Below are positions 19,448-27,337 of a DNA stretch of 64,000 nt, in pieces. The stretch covers positions 192,001 to 256,000 of the forward strand of contig OZ244732.1 in the NCBI GenBank assembly GCA_965219345.1, given 5' to 3'. A model generated the notes under the pieces. That model was not told the origin of the DNA. It saw nothing but the letters and a program-made list of their open reading frames with translations, and ran no database searches. The position numbers were made by a program, and so were the translations under genes. The DNA comes from Nitrosopumilus sp. (lineage in GTDB: Archaea; Thermoproteota; Nitrososphaeria; Nitrososphaerales; Nitrosopumilaceae). Within the stretch, counting starts at the first letter, position 1; every line of letters starts with the position of its first letter.

Positions 19448-20581
19448 CTAAAAATATGTTGTATATATGTTAACCATACGTGCATTTTGGATTAAAATAA
19501 TCCATTTATTTTTACCCTTGATCTCAATACCTGCCCTACTAGCTGGTGTATCGCCGTCTAATCCCATATGTGGCCTGATGTAATTGTGGCATAGTTTGAT
19601 TCCAGTTATTGCAGGTGAATCATCAGATTTCAATCCTCTGAACATTTTTTCACGATCACGAAACTCTCCGTTAAGTCTCTCCTGAATGTTGTTGTTGTTT
19701 CTCTGGTTTTTGAAGTGAATCTCCCTGATATGCGTGCTGTCCTTGTGCAGGAAATTCTTTGGTGCAAACTCCTTCTTGAATGCGTCATTATACGCTGGTA
19801 AACCGTCTGTTACAAAAACAGAAGGCACTTTCTTTGCCGTCTCTTTTCCCATCTTCAAGAGGCTATGAGCATCATGCTTGAATTTTGAATCCGCAACCTC
19901 TTGAGATATCCAAAATCTGGTTTCATTGTCCATCATTGCAAAGAGGTATTTTCTGTCTCCCTTGACCTTGAGCCAAACCTCGTCAGCGTGCCATTCCTCA
20001 CCGACTTGTGGAGTAATCGTACTAAGATAATCATCCATGAGTTTGGTGTATTTCTTTATCCACTTGTAGATTGAAACATGGCTCATATCCACACCCTGAA
20101 GCTTCAGGAATTTTTGGACGCCTCTAAGGGATTCACCCGTGAAATACAACTGCATTGCAGAAGTGATAACCTGTGGTGAGGCATGCATCTTCTCAAATCC
20201 TAGATTGATTGAGAATTTCTTGTTACAACCCTTGCAGTAATATCGCTGGATTGAATGTGTCTTGTTCTTTCTAATTCCCTTTTTCTTGATGTTCTCAGAA
20301 TTGCAGAAAATACAACAGTCAGATTGTATCGGTTCTATAACAGTTTTTGATTTTACCTCCTGTCTTATCTTTAGTGAAATCTCAACTGCATGAATGTGTT
20401 TGCAACAAGTCCTTCTAAATCTATGATCCTCGCAGGAACAGGACCAGCCAGATTCAACAGCTATAACGTCATGCTGTCTGTCTCTGGATTGGGAGCTTAC
20501 GACATAGTGGTTTTCATCTATTCTTGTAATCTGGTCTTGTTTTTGTGTAATTTCTCTGCCTCTTTGCTCTCTGAAATTCAT
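19448..20581 (-). CDS. IS6-family DDE transposase with N-terminal SWIM finger and zinc ribbon
   Basis: SWIM CSCEDH..CKH; Zn ribbon CIFC..CKGC; HTH SLRGV..IYKWIKKY; DDE WHADE / VTDG / NNIQER; GAGGTG RBS; intact. Confidence 0.9.
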   Translation of the reverse strand: MNFREQRGREITQKQDQITRIDENHYVVSSQSRDRQHDVIAVESGWSCSCEDHRFRRTCCKHIHAVEISLKIRQEVKSKTVIEPIQSDCCIFCNSENIKKKGIRKNKTHSIQRYYCKGCNKKFSINLGFEKMHASPQVITSAMQLYFTGESLRGVQKFLKLQGVDMSHVSIYKWIKKYTKLMDDYLSTITPQVGEEWHADEVWLKVKGDRKYLFAMMDNETRFWISQEVADSKFKHDAHSLLKMGKETAKKVPSVFVTDGLPAYNDAFKKEFAPKNFLHKDSTHIREIHFKNQRNNNNIQERLNGEFRDREKMFRGLKSDDSPAITGIKLCHNYIRPHMGLDGDTPASRAGIEIKGKNKWIILIQNARMVNIYTTYF

Positions 20582-20618
20582 ACGTAATACACCTCAAAAA
20601 ATATTAGTGGGGGTTGAT

Positions 20619-20702
20619 CAAGAAAAGATGAGGGGTCAGAACTCTCCTGCTCATCACGGAGGTCAGAAGGAATGGAACTCATCATCCCCCTCATTTTTCT
20701 TG
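20619..20702 (-). ncRNA. Box C/D-type small RNA (C, D', C', D boxes; two guides; long terminal stem) in the transposase leader
   Basis: AUGAUGA-GUUCCAUUCCUU-CUGA-CCUCC-GUGAUGA-GCAGGAGAGUU-CUGA closed by CAAGAAAAAUGAGGGG / CCCCUCAUCUUUUCUUG. Confidence 0.85.
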
Positions 20703-20712
20703 TATTCATATC

Positions 20713-20777
20713 ATACTATACCTTGAACCCACACATATACTATACTTTTGATTCATATATGTGTATAAGTTATATAA
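20713..20777. promoter_or_regulatory. Divergent promoter region: palindromic TTATATAA and ATACTATAC direct repeats
   Basis: TTATATAA at 20770-20777, 28 nt before ATG 20798; ATACTATAC at 20713 and 20737. Confidence 0.5.
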
Positions 20778-20797
20778 GGGGTAATATACGCTGTTGT

Positions 20798-20941
20798 ATG
20801 AGTATGAAAGTGGATGGCGATTATTGGCGCCATGAGTGCAACAGATGCGGCAATATATGGTACAGTGTAAATGAATCTCCAAAAAATTGTGCTGGCATAA
20901 AATGCAAATCGCCGTACTGGAACAAGGAGAGGGTTCGCTAA
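20798..20941 (+). CDS. 47-aa C4 zinc-ribbon microprotein
   Basis: HECNRCGNIW...PKNCAGIKCKSPYW; TATA spacing fits a leaderless start; followed by hairpin acccaa-tcggtg-ttgggt (20963-20980). Confidence 0.75.
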   Translation: MSMKVDGDYWRHECNRCGNIWYSVNESPKNCAGIKCKSPYWNKERVR

Positions 20942-21081
20942 TATTGACTCAGAGAGAATCTAACCCAATCGGTGTTGGGTGACGACAGTTAACACGGATA
21001 AAATTTTCAGACAGGTGACTGTAAGTTAACAGAACCAGATTTAGCAAACGGCTTTATCCTAGTTTTTAGGCACTATCAAGC

Positions 21082-21696
21082 ATGACGTTAAAAAATGTAA
21101 AACCATCACTAAACAAGATTGCAAAATCTTTAGGCAATATTCAAGATTCAAGAGAATTTCTACTAAAAAATACAAGAGAAATAATTATTCTCTGTAGCAG
21201 ATCAATTATTGCCGTTCACAAAGGAGATCTAAAAACTGGGAAAAATAATTTAAAACAAGCAGACAAGTTGTTGAAAAAATACAAGAAAAAGGCGACAGGT
21301 GGACTTGGAAGATACTTAATCACCCCGGAACAAGAATTTGTCGAGGCTGCATGTCTTATTGCGATTGTTGAAAAAAAAGAAATTCCTTCAGATAAAAAGT
21401 TGTCAGTGATGCCAGAATCATATGTTTTAGGATTGTTAGATTGCATAGGTGAATTGAAAAGAACAGTATTTGACAGAATTAGAATTGGGAAGGTAGAGGA
21501 GGCCTCACGAGTTTTTGAAGTAATGGAAAATTTGTATCTTCATCTTTACACTTTTTCAATGTATGATAAAGTGGTAAAAGAAGCTAGAAGAAAAATTGAT
21601 GTAAATAGAATTCTAGTGGATGATGTCAGATCTGTAATTACAGAAGAAAAAAGGCGAACTGAACTAATCAGGACCTTGCAAAAACTAGAGAAATAA
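21082..21696 (+). CDS. Translin/TRAX-family protein
   Basis: QEFVEA, YVLGLLDCIGELKR, RRKID motifs. Confidence 0.85.
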   Translation: MTLKNVKPSLNKIAKSLGNIQDSREFLLKNTREIIILCSRSIIAVHKGDLKTGKNNLKQADKLLKKYKKKATGGLGRYLITPEQEFVEAACLIAIVEKKEIPSDKKLSVMPESYVLGLLDCIGELKRTVFDRIRIGKVEEASRVFEVMENLYLHLYTFSMYDKVVKEARRKIDVNRILVDDVRSVITEEKRRTELIRTLQKLEK

Positions 21697-21712
21697 TTTT
21701 CAAAATTGTGTA

Positions 21713-21797
21713 TGCGGGCGATGGGATTTGAACCCACGAACTCCTGAGAGACTAGCCCCTCAAGCTAGCGCCTTTGGCCAGGCTGGGCGACGCCCGC
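21713..21797 (-). tRNA. tRNA-Leu(GAG)
   Basis: GCGGGCG acceptor, CTAGC-TTGAGGG-GCTAG anticodon arm, long variable arm, GGTTCAAATCC. Confidence 0.95.
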
Positions 21798-21849
21798 AAC
21801 GAAATTCTCTTGTATGGTTTTTATAATCCTTGATTACTTTTTCGTTCGT

Positions 21850-22086
21850 ATGTTAATTCCTGTTAGATGTTTCACATGTGGAAATTTAATTGCGGATAAA
21901 TATGACGATTTTCAAAATAAGATAAAATCTGGAGAAGAACCAGATAAAGCTCTTGATTCTTTAGGAATTGAGAGATATTGTTGTAGAAGAATGCTTTTGA
22001 CCACTGTTGAGACAATTCAACAAGTAATTCCATTTTATGAAGCAATTCAGAGAAGAAACCAAGAAGTTCAATCTGAGTTAGAGTAA
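21850..22086 (+). CDS. rpo10: RNA polymerase subunit N (Rpo10)
   Basis: MLIPVRCFTCG...RYCCRRMLL. Confidence 0.97.
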   Translation: MLIPVRCFTCGNLIADKYDDFQNKIKSGEEPDKALDSLGIERYCCRRMLLTTVETIQQVIPFYEAIQRRNQEVQSELE

Positions 22087-22087
22087 C

Positions 22088-23326
22088 TTGACCAAGATTT
22101 CCTTTATTGAAGGACGGATTATTTACAATAGTAGAGGAAGTAAGACAATTGAGATAGATGTTGAGTCAGATGGAAAATTTCTCGGAAGAGTTTGCGCTCC
22201 ATCTGGCGCCAGTGTAGGAAAATTTGAAGCAGTCAGTTTTCCTAACGGAAAACCTGAAGAGAGTCTTAGAATTATACATGAAAATTCTCAAAAATTTGTA
22301 GGGTTAGAATCTTCAGATCTTAAAGGAATTCACGACACTCTGAAAAGGTTGGATAATTCTACAAATTATTCAGTAATTGGAGGAGCACTTGCTTTTGCAG
22401 TGACAATTGCATCAATGGAATCGGCATCAAAAGCAGCAGAGCAGCCATTGTTTAAAACACTCTCGCCAGAATCCTCATTCAAATTTCCATTTCCATTGGG
22501 AAATATTTTAGGTGGCGGTGCACATGCAGGGCCTGGAACTCCAGATATTCAAGAGATTTTGATTTGTGCAACAGGCTCAAAGAGCATAGAAGACGCTATT
22601 GAAACTAATTTATCAGTACATAAAGAATTACGTCATGTTTTAGAAAAAGAGGATCCCAACTTTGCCAATGGAAGAGGTGACGAGGGTGGATGGGCACCAA
22701 AATTAGAAAATCAAAAAGCACTAGAGGTTTCTGCAAAGGCTTGTGAGAATTTGGGATTTACTTTGGGAAAAGAAGTATCTTTGGGAGTAGACTTTGCATC
22801 ATCTACACAATGGAATGATGAAAAACAAAAGTATGTCTATGAGAGAGCTGAATTTGAAAATTCTACTGGGGAACAGATTGATTTTGCAGCAAGTATTATT
22901 GAAAAATTCAGATTGATTTATGCAGAAGATGCAGTTCATGAAGAGGCATTTGAAGACATGGCAGAGCTGACAGTCAAATTTCCAGATACGATGATTACAG
23001 CAGATGATTTAACTGTCACAAACAAAGAAATCCTGACAAAAGCAATCGGTTTAAAATCATGCAATGCAGCAATTCTAAAAGTAAATCAAGCAGGTAGTCT
23101 TTATGATGCTCTTGAATTTGCCAACGTCGCAAATCAAAACAATATTAGATTAATCACATCACATAGATCGGGTGAGTCTATTGATTCACAAATTTCTCAT
23201 ATAGGAATTGCAACAAAGTCAAAAATGCTCAAAGTTGGCACAGTTGGTGGAGAAAGAATAGCAAAACTAAATGAGCTATTACGCCTATCAGAGCATGATT
23301 TAATACGCGGTATGGCAGAGATTTAA
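22088..23326 (+). CDS. eno: Enolase
   Basis: NSRG, PSGAS, GDEGGWAP, KVNQAG, SHRSGE. Confidence 0.95.
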   Translation: MTKISFIEGRIIYNSRGSKTIEIDVESDGKFLGRVCAPSGASVGKFEAVSFPNGKPEESLRIIHENSQKFVGLESSDLKGIHDTLKRLDNSTNYSVIGGALAFAVTIASMESASKAAEQPLFKTLSPESSFKFPFPLGNILGGGAHAGPGTPDIQEILICATGSKSIEDAIETNLSVHKELRHVLEKEDPNFANGRGDEGGWAPKLENQKALEVSAKACENLGFTLGKEVSLGVDFASSTQWNDEKQKYVYERAEFENSTGEQIDFAASIIEKFRLIYAEDAVHEEAFEDMAELTVKFPDTMITADDLTVTNKEILTKAIGLKSCNAAILKVNQAGSLYDALEFANVANQNNIRLITSHRSGESIDSQISHIGIATKSKMLKVGTVGGERIAKLNELLRLSEHDLIRGMAEI

Positions 23327-23333
23327 AATCGTT

Positions 23334-23957
23334 ATGAGTCAGCAAGCGGAAGCAACAGACATCAAAAAGAAAATTCTAGCTACTGGGATTAGAGTAGGGA
23401 CACAAGTAAAGACAAAATTCATGAAACCATTCATCACAAAAGCCAGTCCTGAAGGACTTTACATGCTTGATCTAGACATAACGTTAGAGAAAATCAAAAC
23501 AGCAGCCAAATTTATCAATAGATTAGGAACAGACAAACTCATTGTATGCTCAGGCAGACAATATGCAGAAACGCCTATTGAAAAATTCTGCGAGATGTTA
23601 GACTCTAAGAAACTCATTGGTAGATTTATGCCAGGAACTTTGACTAATCCTTCATTACCATATTACATTGAACCAAAATTAGTCTTAATTTCAGATCCAC
23701 AAGTTGATGAGCAAGCAATTACAGAAGCAACCAATGCAGGTATTCCTGTCATAGGAATTGCAAATACAGACAACATTACATCAAATCTTGATGTAATTAT
23801 TCCAGCAAACAATAGGGGGAGAAAAGCTCTAGCAACTGTTTACTGGTTATTGGTACGCCAAATTCTCATTGAAAGAGAGGAACTTAAAGAAGATGATTCA
23901 ATGAAATATGAAATCGATGATTTTGAAACAAAGATTACAGAAGAGGAAATAGAATAA
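23334..23957 (+). CDS. rps2: 30S ribosomal protein S2 (uS2)
   Basis: GRFMPGTLTNP, IPANNRGRKAL. Confidence 0.96.
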   Translation: MSQQAEATDIKKKILATGIRVGTQVKTKFMKPFITKASPEGLYMLDLDITLEKIKTAAKFINRLGTDKLIVCSGRQYAETPIEKFCEMLDSKKLIGRFMPGTLTNPSLPYYIEPKLVLISDPQVDEQAITEATNAGIPVIGIANTDNITSNLDVIIPANNRGRKALATVYWLLVRQILIEREELKEDDSMKYEIDDFETKITEEEIE

Positions 23958-23983
23958 ATCAATCAAAATTCCAAAGGATTCAC

Positions 23984-24931
23984 TTGAAATCTAAAGCTTC
24001 TACACCAGGAAAAGTTATTCTTTTTGGAGAACATTTTGTAGTATATGGAGTAAGAGCAATTCTTTGCGCAATCAACAAAAGGGTTACCGTCACGGCAGAG
24101 AAGATTGAAGAAGAGAAAATTTCTATTAAATCAAATATAGGAGAATTAATTTTAGAGCCAAACAAGCCTATTTCAGAAATTGATTCCCCACTGAAACCAT
24201 TTTATTATTTAGCAAACAAAATGTTAGAAACACAAAATCAAACCACAGGGATTAAAATTACAGTGGAATCAGATATTCCAATTGGAGTAGGTTTGGGTTC
24301 ATCATCCGCTTGTTGTGTTGCAGGTGCTGCTGCAATTTCTAGATTATTTACAGAAACATCCAGGGAAGAAATTCTTGAACTTGCAATTGCAGCTGAAAAA
24401 ACAATTTTTCCAAATACTTCTGGAGCAGATTGTACTGTTTGTACATATGGAGGCATTATGGAATATGATAAGAAAAATGGATTTACCAAAATAAAATCTG
24501 AGCCTGATTTTCATCTAGTAATTACAAATTCAGACATAAAACATTCTACAAAATCAGTAGTCGCAGGAGTAAAACAATTTAAAGAAGAAAATGAAATAGA
24601 ATTTTCTAAGTTATGTAATGATGAATCCGAGTTAGTTGATGATGCTTTAAAATTATTAAATGACAATAACATTAAGGAATTGGGTCAGAAGATAATCCAA
24701 AATCAGGAATATCTTGAAACAATTGGAGTTTCAAATGAAAAATTGAGGGATATGATCCTGGTGGGACAAAAGTCATCGTTTGGGGCAAAAATTACTGGTG
24801 CAGGTGAGGGTGGATGTATCTTTTCCTTGACAGATGAATCAAATTTGAAACAAACCATCAGTCAATTCAAAGATAAGAATTACGAATGCTTTTCAGTAAA
24901 AATTGATTTCAAAGGACTGGATACTTTTTAA
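23984..24931 (+). CDS. mvk: Mevalonate kinase
   Basis: PGKVILFGEHFVVYG, PIGVGLGSS, KITGAG.GG. Confidence 0.95.
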   Translation: MKSKASTPGKVILFGEHFVVYGVRAILCAINKRVTVTAEKIEEEKISIKSNIGELILEPNKPISEIDSPLKPFYYLANKMLETQNQTTGIKITVESDIPIGVGLGSSSACCVAGAAAISRLFTETSREEILELAIAAEKTIFPNTSGADCTVCTYGGIMEYDKKNGFTKIKSEPDFHLVITNSDIKHSTKSVVAGVKQFKEENEIEFSKLCNDESELVDDALKLLNDNNIKELGQKIIQNQEYLETIGVSNEKLRDMILVGQKSSFGAKITGAGEGGCIFSLTDESNLKQTISQFKDKNYECFSVKIDFKGLDTF

Positions 24932-24954
24932 TTGACTACACAATTTGGAACAAC

Positions 24955-25707
24955 ATGATTCTAATAAAATTAGGCGGCTCAATTATCACAAATAAAGAAA
25001 AACCGTTGTCAGCTAGAAGAAAAACAATAAACAATCTTACTAAGAGTTTGAAGAAAATTAATGAGCCAATGATTATTGTTCATGGTGGCGGTTCCTATGG
25101 ACATTATTGGTCTGTAAAATTTGGTATGCATACTAAAGAAAGAAAGTATGATCTTAGAGGAGTTGCAATTGTAAAAAATTCAATGATTGAGTTAAACAAG
25201 ATAATTTTAGATTCATTATTAAAAAATAGATTAAATCCATATTGCCTTCCACCAACCTATTTTATGTCAGGAAATAAACCGATTTCAAAGAAAGTTAAAG
25301 AGGTTGAAAAAATTGCAAAATCAGGCTTAATTCCAGTCACATATGGAGATGCATTGTGGTATGGCCAGAAAAAAACATACATCTTATCAGGTGACAAGAT
25401 CATGACTCATCTTTCAAAAGTCCTAAAACCAAGACTTGGTATTTTTGTTCTAAATGAAGATGGATTGTATTCGGATCTCAAATCAAAAAAATTAATTTAT
25501 GAATTAAGGGGTAAACGTCCTTCAATTTCAGAAAATAAGATGGATGTTACCGGTGGAATGACTAGAAAAGTAAAGGAAGCATTAAAGATTTCAAAAATTG
25601 GAATGAATGTCTTTTTTGTAAATGGGAATAAACCTGAGAGAATTGTGAAGGCAGTTAGAAACAAAAAATTTGAAGGAACGTTGTTTAGGGGAAAAGGAAA
25701 TGTCTGA
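24955..25707 (+). CDS. ipk: Isopentenyl phosphate kinase
   Basis: KLGGSIIT.K, HGGGSYGH, SGD, DVTGGM. Confidence 0.92.
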   Translation: MILIKLGGSIITNKEKPLSARRKTINNLTKSLKKINEPMIIVHGGGSYGHYWSVKFGMHTKERKYDLRGVAIVKNSMIELNKIILDSLLKNRLNPYCLPPTYFMSGNKPISKKVKEVEKIAKSGLIPVTYGDALWYGQKKTYILSGDKIMTHLSKVLKPRLGIFVLNEDGLYSDLKSKKLIYELRGKRPSISENKMDVTGGMTRKVKEALKISKIGMNVFFVNGNKPERIVKAVRNKKFEGTLFRGKGNV

Positions 25708-26350
25708 AGAATTTGTAATTTTAGTTGATGAAAATGATAATCCCATTGGTACTGAAGAAAAAGTAAAGTGTCATTTACCAAATGGTAAACTACACAGAGC
25801 ATTTACTACTTTATTGTTTAACAAGAATGGCAATCTGGTGCTTGCAAGACGAGCAAAAGAGAAGATGTTGTGGCCAGGTGATTGGGATGGTACATTTGCA
25901 AGTCATCCAAGAGAATCTGAAACTTATGTATCATCAGGAGAAAGAAGAATGCCAGAAGAATTAGGAATTGAAATAAAACTAGATTATTTGCACAAATTTG
26001 AATATCATGTGCCTTACAAAGATGTAGGTTCTGAGAATGAAATTTGTGGAACGTTAATAGGAATAATCGACGAAGTTTCAGAACCAAAAAAGATTGAGGG
26101 AGAAATAGATGAAATAAAATGGATTTCTGCAAAAAAGTTACTCTCAGAATTAAAGATAAATTCTCAAATATATTGTCCTTGGATGCTTATTGCTTTAGAA
26201 TTACTTAATAAATCTGAACAATCCATGCTCGAAAAGCATGAAAACGTCTTATCTACATGGATGAATAGTGAAGTTCATGAGGGATTGCTTGAAGCAATCA
26301 AGACTCATCTACCAAAAGATAAGTGGAGATTAGTAAATGAAAAAAACTAA
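25700..26350 (+). CDS. idi: Isopentenyl-diphosphate delta-isomerase, type 1 (Nudix fold)
   Basis: LHRAF, WPG.W, SHP, EELG, ENEIC, CPW. Confidence 0.9.
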   Translation: MSEEFVILVDENDNPIGTEEKVKCHLPNGKLHRAFTTLLFNKNGNLVLARRAKEKMLWPGDWDGTFASHPRESETYVSSGERRMPEELGIEIKLDYLHKFEYHVPYKDVGSENEICGTLIGIIDEVSEPKKIEGEIDEIKWISAKKLLSELKINSQIYCPWMLIALELLNKSEQSMLEKHENVLSTWMNSEVHEGLLEAIKTHLPKDKWRLVNEKN

Positions 26351-27317
26351 GCAAATCGAAAAAAATGCAAAAATAGTAAACAAGTATCTAAATTCAAAGC
26401 TAAAAGGAAATCCAAAGAAACTCTATGATGCAGCAGGGCATCTAATTATTCATGGTGGAAAAAGACTTAGACCATACATGGTAATTAGAAGTTGCCAAAT
26501 TTTAGGAGGAAAAGTTACCAATGCAATGCCAGCTGCAAGTGCTGTAGAAATGGTTCATAACTTTACTTTGGTTCATGATGACATCATGGATAATGATGAG
26601 ATGCGTCATGGGGTTCCAACTGTACATAAAAAATTTGGAATGCCAATTGCAATTATAGCCGGTGATGTTTTATTTTCAAAAGCATTTCAAATAATTACTG
26701 AATCAAAATTATCAGCAAATGCTACCACTAAATTAGTTTCTAGATTATCTAAAGCATGTGTGGATGTATGTGAAGGTCAGCTGTTGGATGTAAAAATGGC
26801 TGATGAAAAGAAAATTCCAACACAGTCAGAGTACATTACAATGATTTGCAAAAAAACTGCAGCATTATTTGACGTATCATGTGCAATGGGAGCTATCTGT
26901 GCTACAAACAAATCTAGTGACATTGCAAATCTCTCATCATTTGGAAGAAACTTGGGAATTTCATTTCAGATAACTGATGATCTCATAGGAGTAATGGGAG
27001 ACCCAAAAGTTACAAAGAAACCTGTTGGAAATGATCTTAGAGAAGGTAAAAAATCTCTTCCAATACTAATGGCAATAAAAACAGCAAAAGGTAAAAACAA
27101 AAAAATAATTCTAAAGGCATTTGGGAATTCCAAGGCAACAAGAAATGATCTAAACAAGGCGGTAAATGTAATTCGCTCTCTTGGAATTGAAAAAAATGTT
27201 AGAAAGCAGGCTCTAAAATATGCAAAAAAAGCTGAAAAATCATTGTCAAAATATTCAGGCTCTGCCAAAACAGAACTAATTGCATTATTGGATTTTGTGG
27301 TAAAGAGAAGCGTATAG
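26337..27317 (+). CDS. Geranylgeranyl diphosphate synthase / polyprenyl synthase
   Basis: GGKRLRP, HDDIMD, FQITDD, GNDLREGK. Confidence 0.92.
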   Translation: MKKTKQIEKNAKIVNKYLNSKLKGNPKKLYDAAGHLIIHGGKRLRPYMVIRSCQILGGKVTNAMPAASAVEMVHNFTLVHDDIMDNDEMRHGVPTVHKKFGMPIAIIAGDVLFSKAFQIITESKLSANATTKLVSRLSKACVDVCEGQLLDVKMADEKKIPTQSEYITMICKKTAALFDVSCAMGAICATNKSSDIANLSSFGRNLGISFQITDDLIGVMGDPKVTKKPVGNDLREGKKSLPILMAIKTAKGKNKKIILKAFGNSKATRNDLNKAVNVIRSLGIEKNVRKQALKYAKKAEKSLSKYSGSAKTELIALLDFVVKRSV

Positions 27318-27337
27318 TATCAATAGGTAGATCTAGT

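Larger units (their letters stand above)
18833..21036 (-). mobile_element. IS6-family-like element with cargo (C/D RNA, TA-like pair, Zn-ribbon gene); boundaries approximate
   Basis: GGTTCT at 18833 and AGAACC at 21031-21036; 20/23-bp inverted repeat 19033-19055 / 20983-21005; sits between livM and a translin gene; no TSD seen. Confidence 0.65.

Noticed and set aside
20667-20678. D' guide targeting the conserved 16S sequence AAAGGAAUUGGCG
   Set aside because: Only 7 contiguous pairs against the recalled consensus; the host rRNA is not in the window, so it cannot be supported.
20672-20797. Hydrophobic N-terminal extension of the Zn-ribbon ORF
   Set aside because: It overlaps the C/D RNA and promoter; TATA position favours ATG 20798.
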